A stretch of 64,000 bases of DNA from Octopus vulgaris. Its lineage: Eukaryota. Below, in pieces: positions 54,614 through 64,000 of the stretch. The stretch's first letter is position 1. Every line of letters starts with the position of its first letter. The notes beneath the pieces were generated by a model, which searched no databases, was not told the origin of the DNA, and saw only the letters and a list, made by a program, of their open reading frames with translations. The position numbers were made by a program, and so were the translations under genes. The stretch covers positions 101,742,001 through 101,806,000 of the forward strand of contig OX597819.1 in the NCBI GenBank assembly GCA_951406725.2, in the 5' to 3' direction.

Positions 54614-56076
54614 AGCAGAGAGCTAGCAGAGACAGTGTTTAGCAGCATTTCTTCCGGCCTTACGTTCTGAGTCCAAATGCTACCAAGATTGACTTTCCTC
54701 CTCCTCCACCTCCTTCTCCTTCCTCTTCTTCTTCTTCTTCTTCTTCTTCTTCTTCTTCTTCTTCTTCTTCTTCTTCTTCTTCTTCTTCTTCTTCTTCTTC
54801 TTCTCCACCACCTCCTCCTTTGTTGTTAACTTTCAAAATCTAAATGAAATGCTCTTGCAAAAACAATGTGAAAAAAACCCAACAAAAAACAAAATTAAAC
54901 AAGAAAAGAACAAATCAGAATTCAAATATCATGTCATTAGACTTAAATATGTTCATATAAACCTCGATTGTAATTTAGAGAATGAGAACTATGGAAGTTA
55001 TCCTTTGCCTTCCCCTCCTGCAGGGTTGCTAAATTAAAGTACCAATCAAATACTGGGGTGAATGGCATCTACGAATTTCTTTCCTTAAAATACTACTGGC
55101 CTTGCGTCTAATTTAGAAATAATTGAGAGAAATACGACCATGGAATCGCCTTGTAATGCAGTTACTCACTTTACAACGTTCTCCCTCTCTTTTAACGTAC
55201 ACCTGTCTGTCTCTTATTCTTTTCTCTTCCCTCGATATATAACGTCTGTTATTATATTTACCTTGTGGTAGATATCCCTTTGTCACTAATTGTCTTTGTT
55301 TTTGTCACATCTCTTTCACTATTTATCCAATCACTCACTCTGTCTCTCTGTCTCTGTCTCTCTTCCTTTTTCTCCTGTCTCCTCTTTCTCTCTCTCTCTC
55401 TCTTCAGCTGTTTCTCACTCTCTCGTACTTTTACAATCGTTATGTTTACATTTTCTTCCTCGTGATGTGTGGAGTATTAAGAGAATTGAGTTGAAATGCG
55501 TATCTCTGAAAGTGCAAAGGAGGGAGTAGCTTGGAACGTGGGATGCTTGAAGACAGAAGGAAAATAAAAGAGAGAGGAAATCTATTAGGAGAAAGGAAAG
55601 TGTTGGAAGCAGGAAAGTGGTAAGAGTTTGAGATAAGGAAAGAGGGAGGAGTAGTAGTGAAAGTCAGATAGAGGAGGAGAGTGAGAGCATGGGGAATAGT
55701 GATCTAAAGAGGTCTGGATTGAGAGAGAGAGTGAGGAGGAGAGACTGAGGAAGAGAAGAGAGACAGAGGGAGGGAGAGAAACGAATAGCTGATCAGAGAG
55801 ACAAAGAAACATAAGGTGGTAGAGAATAAATGAGAAAAACGAATATATAATATAATGTGTGTGCGTATACGTATGTGTATGTATATGTGTGTGTGTCTGT
55901 GTGTGTACGTAAGTTTGTATATGTGTGTGTGTATGTGTGTCTATTGTGACATATAGGTATATGTCCATATCTATCTATCTTACACGTACACACATACACA
56001 CACACAGACAAATATATAAATTAGAGACTTTGTAAGAATGAAATAGAATAAGAGGACTAAAAGAGATGATACACAC

Positions 56077-56182
<106 letters not shown>

Positions 56183-56215
56183 TGTATGTTTAAATATATA
56201 TATAAGTAGATACAT

Positions 56216-56273
<58 letters not shown>

Positions 56274-56719
56274 TTATATATATATGCATTGTAGTGAACA
56301 CATATGTGGAGGTGAGGAGAGAGGGTGAGTGAGAAAAGAGAGAGTAACATTCAGAAAAAGAGGGTGAGTAAAGGAGAATTAATTTGAAGAGGAATGATGA
56401 AGATAGCTGCCACTGCTATGACTTTCTTTGCAAAGTGGGGAATATCAGCAAACTCAGCAAATGGACGTGAGAAATGGAAGAAAAAGAATCTCTAATTCTC
56501 TTGCAATATAGTTATAAGTTTGAGCGGAAAAGCCAGGATGATCAGCAAATAGAAATAGTGTCATCTCAACTGGAGAATGTTTATACATTGTATTTGTCTT
56601 GCAGCCTCTGGACGTCAAACTGGACCGATAAATCAATGAGTGCCGAGAGTGTGGTAGAAATGTGAAGGGTAAGAATGATGGAGAGGATAATGGCTAAAAT
56701 GTATGATACAAGGAGATAG

Positions 56720-56758
<39 letters not shown>

Positions 56759-56817
56759 CTCATTCTCTGTATGTATATTTCTGAGTTGATATTAGATGAT
56801 GAAGTCGTGTGAATGAG

Positions 56818-56867
<50 letters not shown>

Positions 56868-57435
56868 CGGAGGTGGCAAGAGATAGAGTGTGTTAAATAT
56901 CTATGACATTTATAGTAAAGGAACAGGAACGATAGTGTGATAATGAAAAAGAAATGGGAAAATGACAGACAGTGTTTGGGTGTATATATATTTGTGTGCA
57001 TGTGAGTAAAAGAGACGGATAGAGAGAGAGCGAGAGCGAGAGAGAGAGAGAGAAGCAGAGAGAGGAAGAGAGATAGACAGATGAAAAGAAAGTCAGGGTG
57101 GGGAGTAAAGAGAGACGAATAGCTTGAAACAGTAAGGGAATACGAAGGAATTTCTAAGATGCAAGCTAGGAGTTGACGAGAGTACGATTAATACAGTTTA
57201 GAGAGAAAATAGTAAGTGATGACGTCAGATAGGGGTTTAGTAAGAGTGTGGGCGAGAAAGAGAGAGGGAGGTGGCGGATAGTTAGGTGAAAAAGTAAGGT
57301 AAAATACAGATGAAGTGGAGAGAACTATAAAATGAACGTGAGATCAAAGAAGAGAGGGGAAAATTTGCTAGGTGACAGGTTAAAAGTGTTTGGAAGTGAT
57401 TAGTGACGTAATAATGGACAGAAAAAAAGAGAGAG

Positions 57436-57522
<87 letters not shown>

Positions 57523-57935
57523 TTATATATATTATATAAAAAGATAAAAGAAGCAAAGAACGATACGAGCACGCACAGACACAAACAGAATTGTACAGCA
57601 ACACATGCTCGTACGCGTTCAGATTTTTTAACGATTTGTGTATGTGGGTATGTATAGATGTGTATACGTATGTCTGGGTGTTTATGTCATCTAAACATAG
57701 GCATCAAGGCATATCTTTACATCATAAAAACACACAGACATACATATGACACGTATGTTCATATATGTCTATTTGTCTGTCTAAGCCAGACTGACTATAT
57801 AGCATTTTGCTGTGATGGTATGTCGAAATTCTTCACCCGTTCGCCCGAATACTGTTGTTTTCTGTTGTATTTTTCAGTGTTATTGGTAGGATTTTAATTC
57901 CACTTTCTAGCAGGTAGGCGCCTTCTGTGCCCTTT

Positions 57936-57976
<41 letters not shown>

Positions 57977-57980
57977 TAAA

Positions 57981-58210
57981 CTAGTATTATAACCCGATTT
58001 CAATCGGGTCTACTCGGGCCACATTTTAAAGATAAAGAATTTTGCCCTAGAGGCTATGCCTTTAAATTGAGCAAACTCAAAGTTGCCATGCAAACTCCCC
58101 AGCACTTTTAACATAGGTGTGCAAATTTTCAGTTCAATCCAACCACATTTACTATCACTTTTGCCTGCACAACTGCTTGTGAGTCAACGTCCGCCCTTTT
58201 CACAAATATA
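57981..58210 (-). mobile_element. Helitron-like 3' terminus
   Basis: Minus strand ends with hairpin ACCCGATTGAAATCGGGT, then TATAATA-CTAG|T. Confidence 0.55.
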
Positions 58211-58218
58211 AAGTAGAC

Positions 58219-58266
<48 letters not shown>

Positions 58267-58309
58267 GTGTATATGTATATACAGTATGTGTGAGTGTAAT
58301 TATAATCAT

Positions 58310-58500
58310 AATTTAACGTCCTCTTCCCATGCTGGCATGGGTTGGACGGTTTGACGGGAGCTGGCTAACTGGAGAGCTGTTCATACTCCAATAGTCTTAT
58401 TTGGCATGGTTTCTACGGCTCGATGCCCTTCCTAACGCCAACCACTCTACATAGTGTGCTGGAGACCTTTTACGTGCAACAGGTACGGGTGCGTTTACGT
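58310..58500 (-). mobile_element. SINE family D (Nin-like central domain, tentative)
   Basis: Minus strand GGTTGGCGTTAGGAAGGGCATCGAGCCGTAGAAAC...CCGTCCAACCCATGCCAGCATGG...GGACGTTAAA. Confidence 0.6.
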
Positions 58501-59123
58501 ACCACAGGCACGATGGCATTTTACGTGGCAACAGCATTTGCAAGACCTCTCAGCTCCTAGAGAGAGTGGGGAATTCCAGTGTCTATGGATGGTTGTGAGT
58601 TTACTTACCTTGACGCGTCTTCTCAAGTACAACAAATCTCCACATATATATATAAACATGTATACTTGCGCATTATGCATATGCCGTCGTATCGGCATAT
58701 GTGTGTGTGTGTGTCATATAGACCAGGAATGGAAATAAGAAAGTGGAAAGGAATAAAAAAAAGTGGTCAGATATGACTTGGAGTGAAGGGGATGAAGATA
58801 GATGTACATAAAGAGAACTACGGTACGCTGTTAAATATATAATATAGCGAGTTGTATAACTTTGATTATAAATAAAATCGTCCATTGAAGTTGTAGACCA
58901 AAAAGGAAAGAAAGAAAGAAAAAAAGAAAGAAAGAAAGAAAGAAAGAAAGCTAACTACAAGGAGACTATAGATCAGTACATTTAGAAAATATAAATACTG
59001 TTAATATGGAAGACACCTGGACTTCAAGTCAACACGTATATTCGAACACTCAGCAGAGTGCAGTCTATTCATAGTCTGTGATATACTGGCGGTAACATAT
59101 ATAGCGAAACGCATGCACATAGT

Positions 59124-59355
59124 GGCGGCGAGCTGGCAGAAACGGTAGCACGCCGGGCGAAATGCGTAGCCGTATTTCGTCTGCCGTTACGTTCTGGGTT
59201 CAAATTTCGCCGAGGTCGACTTTGCCTTTCATCCTTTCGGGGTCGATAAATTAAGTACCAGTTACGCACTGGGGCCGATGGAATCGACTTAATCGCTTTG
59301 TCTGTCCTTGTTTGTCCCCTCTGTGTTTAGCCCCTTGTGGGTAGTAGAGAAATAG
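59124..59355 (+). mobile_element. Full-length young SINE family B (tail B2) with 18-bp TSD
   Basis: TSD GAAACGCATGCACATAGT at 59106-59123 and 59356-59373; A-box-like AGCTGGCAGAAACGG, B-box-like GGTTCAAATTT; central GCCTTTCATCCTTTCGGGGTCGATAAA. Confidence 0.9.
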
Positions 59356-59543
59356 GAAACGCATGCACATAGTTGCCACTGACGTGCAAACAAAGATCAG
59401 GAAGCCCCGCCTTAAAGCATGAAATCTTGTAATTATCTTTTTCTTTCAAAGACTTTAACATTTGCCACTAACCATTGTTACTTTTCTGTAAATGAAGAGG
59501 AAATCTTAAACAAATATCTACTACGAGTTTGTCTTTAAGCGTC

Positions 59544-59593
<50 letters not shown>

Positions 59594-59754
59594 GATAGAG
59601 ATATGGTGATAGATTAGTATGAATATACGTGCATATATGTGTGTATGCACGCACATACACACACACTTAAATATATAATAGTTATATGTGATATTATATA
59701 TGTGAGCGTGTGTGTATAAACACATATATTCAAGTATATTCATACAAATCTATC

Positions 59755-59813
<59 letters not shown>

Positions 59814-59870
59814 AATCGTCGTATGCACCTTAGACAGTGTAATTCAATGCAATGACTTGTAAATTTAGTC

Positions 59871-60300
59871 GAGGTTCCTCGTGAAGGTAACATGGACGCC
59901 GCTCGGGCTTGAAACACTGACAATTATGTAAACCTCCTCGAGGATTGTGAAAACGCAGTCTGGAAAGCGAAGCATTTTCCAATCGAAGTTGGATGTAGAG
60001 GATTTGTTGCACACAGTGTGAGGCGACTGTTGCTATCATTAGGCCTAACTCATCGTAAAGTAAATACCACCATGACCGATACCCAAACAACATGGAAATG
60101 GTTAGCCATTAGATGTGGTTAAAAAAGGGACGATGAGCGATGGGTATACGAATATTGAGCTTATTTTGATAACCAGTTGATCGAGCAAGCGGGGCCTCAT
60201 ATCAGCGAGAGGGGTGATGCGCATTGATTCCGTCGAGAGGTAGACACCGAAACGGCGCGCATTCTCTCCTGATGACTCTATATACTTGCTGGTTTCCGGT
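59871..60300 (+). pseudogene. 3' end of a HERO-like RLE non-LTR retrotransposon (endonuclease remnant + 3' UTR)
   Basis: Frame from 59871: EVPREGNMDAARA*NTDNYVNLLEDCENAVWKAKHFPIEVGCRGFVAHSVRRLLLSLGL; after a frameshift SH*MWLKK. Not present in the ORF track. Confidence 0.8.
60230..60280 (+). ncRNA. Non-circularly permuted hammerhead-like motif
   Basis: CCGU-C (stem III, GUC triplet) pairs with GAA-ACGG; GAGAGG pairs with UCUCUC immediately before CUGAUGA; stem II is weak. Confidence 0.55.
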
Positions 60301-61104
60301 ATGCAGAGCTTTCGACCGGTAATCCTTGCATGTGCAAGTTGTTTGCAGAACATTTGAAGATTCGAGCGTGAATATATGCTAGCCAGTTTTGTGTTAATCA
60401 CGTGAAGAGAACAGCTTCTTTACGAGGAATATATGTTCAGAATATTTTCACCTCATCAGTGTAAGGTATTCTGGAACACGTTTTTTTTTTCTTTTTGACC
60501 TGTTGTGTCGCATTAGCCAAACGTATTGGGATCCAATGAATCCAACAAGACCTGTTGGTTTTCTTTATTATTTCAGTGAACAAACTGTTCGCTGATCAAT
60601 GCTGATATTTACCGACCGATAAAGAATTGTCGTACACGCTCAACAGCGAAATTCGATGACAACGATGTATTATTATACACAAAGAAAATATCTTTTATCA
60701 CCAGAAAATATAATACAAAAGACAATCGGTTTTCTTCTGCGTTAATCTGCTGCGAAGCATTACTTTAAATATTGCTTAAATAGTGTCACTGAGAAATACA
60801 ACCAACATCATTCGCATAACATTTATTTGTTTGGTTATTTATTTATTATTCACTCTGTCACTCAGCACCTAGCATTGATGCCCTTCACTTCCTTAGTTAC
60901 TCTGCTTCCATCTTGCTCTTTCATTCTGCTTAAGTATAACATTCTCTTCCTTTTTTTCTCTCTTACTCTTTCTCAAATACGCCTGAAATATAAAGGTATT
61001 GTGAAATTTTCTGCATTCTCAGATGCTTTCTTATTTTCCCTTTCCTTCCCCTTTTTCAATACTCCAATGCTTCAAGCGAACTACAAAGCTTTTATATATA
61101 TACA

Positions 61105-62018
61105 TACAAGGTCATCCCATAAATAATGCGGTTTAAAAAATTTTTTTTTTTCAAAATTGAGATAAATTTCTTTTTTAATCTAAAATATATTCTCCATTTT
61201 CTGTAATGCTCTTCTATTTGACTGGTAGACTTGTAAGGGCCCTCTTTCAAAATTCATTTAGAAGTGACAAAAAAAAAACAACACTTCCAGTACTGTTCTA
61301 ACCTCGTCTACAGAATTCATATTCTTCCGTCCAAATGACTTTGAAGACTGCGGAATAAATGATAATCAGATGAGGCAATGTCTGGCGAATATGGTGGGTT
61401 GGGCATCGTTTCCCGTTCAAACTACTACAGTCTTTGGAATGCCATACTTACTGTATGTGGCCGAGTATGATGGGAGAACACCTTTCGTTTTGAAACCAAA
61501 ATGGTCGTTTTTCTTCTAGCGCTGACTTGAATGGCTAGTTGAATGACAAAATCCAAGCTTCTCTGCTAGTTCCTCGACAGCCACGATCGGATTTTGTTCC
61601 TCCAGGGTTTGCAGGACAAAAACCTCTACACATCTTCCCGGACTAGGCTCGTCTTCTAGAATGTAGTTTCCGGCTCGGAATTTCTGGAACCACCGTTGAC
61701 ACTGGCTTACGATTATTCTCTGAACCCCATAAACTGCATTGATATTACTTGCACTTTCCGTTGCGTTGTTGCTTTATTGAACTCATAAAACAAAATATGC
61801 CGAATATGTTCCTTTATCACTTCTATTATAGCTTTGAAAAATGAACTGTTAAAATCGAACTGCGCTCTTCAAAACTTGCACTAAGAATAAGACCAGGGTT
61901 GTATTATTACATGCTTTTGTAGTAAGTTGATGCAGGTAGTTTATTCCACCCACCTCCAACTTTTATTTCATGCAACTGAAAAAAAAAAAAAAAATTATTT
62001 ATGGGATTACCCAACATA
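61105..62018 (-). mobile_element. Mariner transposon, deleted and decayed
   Basis: TIRs GGTCATCCCATAAATAAT / ATTATTTATGGGATTACC; remnants KEHIRHILFYEF, QCQRWFQKFRAGN, PPYSPDIASSDYHLFRSLQSHLDG. Confidence 0.85.
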
Positions 62019-62058
62019 CATACATATATATATGTATCTATGTATCTATGTATCTATG

Positions 62059-62117
<59 letters not shown>

Positions 62118-62156
62118 ATGTTTACTTCTCACTCTGTCAGATTATATGATTCTTCC

Positions 62157-62189
62157 AGTTTACATTAATTTTTGTGTGTGAGTACACAC

Positions 62190-62225
<36 letters not shown>

Positions 62226-62258
62226 GTGTGTACTCACACACAAAAATTAATGTAAACT
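62157..62258. repeat. Perfect ~102-bp palindrome centred on (TA)n
   Basis: AGTTTACATTAATTTTTGTGTGTGAGTACACACATG-(TA)n-CATGTGTGTACTCACACACAAAAATTAATGTAAACT. Confidence 0.9.
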
Positions 62259-62946
62259 TTAAGAAAAACGTGCAGAAATAGTTTAATACTAAATTTATTC
62301 AGACATCAGGGTATTAACACAAGTTACCATAGATTGCTGAAATTACAAGAGATGCTGAAAGTGGTGGACATTAGCTTCCTGGCATTTATTAGCATGGTCA
62401 ACTGCTGTTTGGACAACGTTAGACAACGTGTTCAGTGAGCTTGCTGAACATGCTGTATTAATTTCTTCCGAAAGGACCACCGTGCAGCCGGTTTTCAGCA
62501 GTACACGACATCCTTTAAGATACCCCATACGTAACATTCTGCAGATGTTAAATCAGGAGAACGTTTGAGGATTTCAACTGCACACCTTCGTCCTATCCAG
62601 TGTCCTTGCATATTCTCATCCACGTAAGCTAGCACGTTTCTGTGGTATTGTAGAGGTGCGCCGTCCAGTTGAAGCAAATTTCGACATTTGCAAAAAATGC
62701 ATGCATGGCAGATAAAATAGATGTGTGTAGGTATGCTTGACCAGTAACACTGCCTTTAAAGGAAAATAGTCCTTGATGTAATTCCACCTTAGACATTAAG
62801 CGCAGTAAATTGATTGCTTCGTCCACACGCTAAAAAAGAAAAAAAATTACGGAAAAACCGTTACAGATTAGCTTGCATTAATTCCGTAATATCTTGATAA
62901 AATTAGTATTAAAATATTTCTACAATTTTCATTTTGGCAGACTGTG
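62259..62946 (-). mobile_element. Tc1/mariner-superfamily transposon fragment
   Basis: QLDGAPLQY...HWIGRR...RSPDLTSAECYVWGILKDVVY resembles QQDGAP...WIGRG...WPPRSPDLTPxDFxLWG. Confidence 0.8.
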
Positions 62947-62965
62947 TGAGTGTGTGTATGTGTGT

Positions 62966-63021
<56 letters not shown>

Positions 63022-63029
63022 CTATGCGT

Positions 63030-63240
63030 GTTTGTGTTTATCAACCATCTCTGCTTGACAGCCAGTGTTGGTTTTTTTATGTCCAGGCAAATTAGCGGCT
63101 TTCCAAAAGAGGCCAATAGAATAATACCAGGCATAAAAAAGTGCTGGAGTTAATTTGTTTGACTAAACTCCTTAAGGCGATGCTCCAGCGTGGCTCGAGT
63201 CCAATGACTAAAATAAGGAATAGCTAAAAGAAAGATAAAG
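63030..63240 (+). mobile_element. SINE family A, 3' half
   Basis: GCTTGACAGCCAGTGTTGG...TGCTCCAGCGTGGC...AATGACTAAA. Confidence 0.7.
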
Positions 63241-63356
63241 AAAGATAATATGCATATATATGCACACAAACTTATATGTATGCATACTCTTTTTTGCATG
63301 AATACATAGAAATGCAAATATAACTACAATGATTCGCCCACATATGCACATACATA

Positions 63357-63570
63357 AGGCAGTGAACTGGCAGAAACGTTAGCACGCCGGATGAAAAGCT
63401 TAGCGGTATTTCGTCTGTCTTTATGTTCTGAGTTCAAATTCCACCGAGGTCGACTTTGCTTTCATACTTTCGGGGTCGATAAATTAAGTACCATTTGCGT
63501 ACTGGGGTCTATCTAATCGACTGGCCTCTTCCTCCCAAAATTCAGGCCTTGTGCCTAGTGTAGAAAAAGC
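63357..63570 (+). mobile_element. SINE family B copy (tail B1)
   Basis: GGCAGTGAACTGGCAGAAACGTTAGCACGCC...TTCAGGCCTTGTGCCTAGTGTAGAAAA. Confidence 0.85.
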
Positions 63571-63640
63571 ACATATATACATAAATAACAAATTAGATTT
63601 TAATATAAAACTTTCATTTTTCTGAGAAACAATTGTAAAG

Positions 63641-63703
<63 letters not shown>

Positions 63704-63827
63704 AAATACATACATACATACATACATACATACATACATACATACACACAAACATACATGGCGTTGAGTTTAACACATCATGCCTTGTCTTAGCTATCAC
63801 ACGTCGTTCCTGATCTCTCTCTTTCTT

Positions 63828-63864
<37 letters not shown>

Positions 63865-64000
63865 AGTGCATGTCTGTATGTGTTTGTATGCGAGTGTGTC
63901 TTCCTGATAGTCTTTGTATGCGTACGTACGCATGTGTGTCTGTTAATGTGTCCCTGTTACATTAAAATGGAAGAATCATATAATCTGACAGAGTGAGAAG

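Noticed and set aside
56588-56675. Candidate exon TTGCAG...GG|GTAAGA
   Set aside because: Stops in all three frames; a non-coding exon cannot be verified from sequence alone.

Overview
Repeat-saturated animal genomic DNA (dense microsatellites plus tRNA-derived SINEs), most consistent with a cephalopod such as Octopus; the organism is an inference from repeat style. No host protein-coding exon can be supported, and nearly all ORFs in the track are microsatellite artefacts. The one long real ORF (7110-9065, -) is a young Penelope-like retroelement (RT + GIY-YIG), 5'-truncated, with an inverted pseudo-LTR and (TA)n on both sides. Decayed fragments of RTE, R4/Dong-like and HERO-like non-LTR retrotransposons, mariner/Tc1, a Chapaev3-like transposase, Helitron/DINE-like elements and a hAT MITE are also present. 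The most interesting signal is at the RNA level. At least six unrelated families of minimal type I hammerhead-ribozyme-like motifs occur, mostly in head-to-head fold-back duplications ending in (TA)n. A non-circularly permuted (pseudoknot-order) hammerhead-like motif lies in the 3' UTR of the HERO-like element, and one SINE copy is circularly permuted. All folds were done by eye; coordinates of decayed repeats are approximate.
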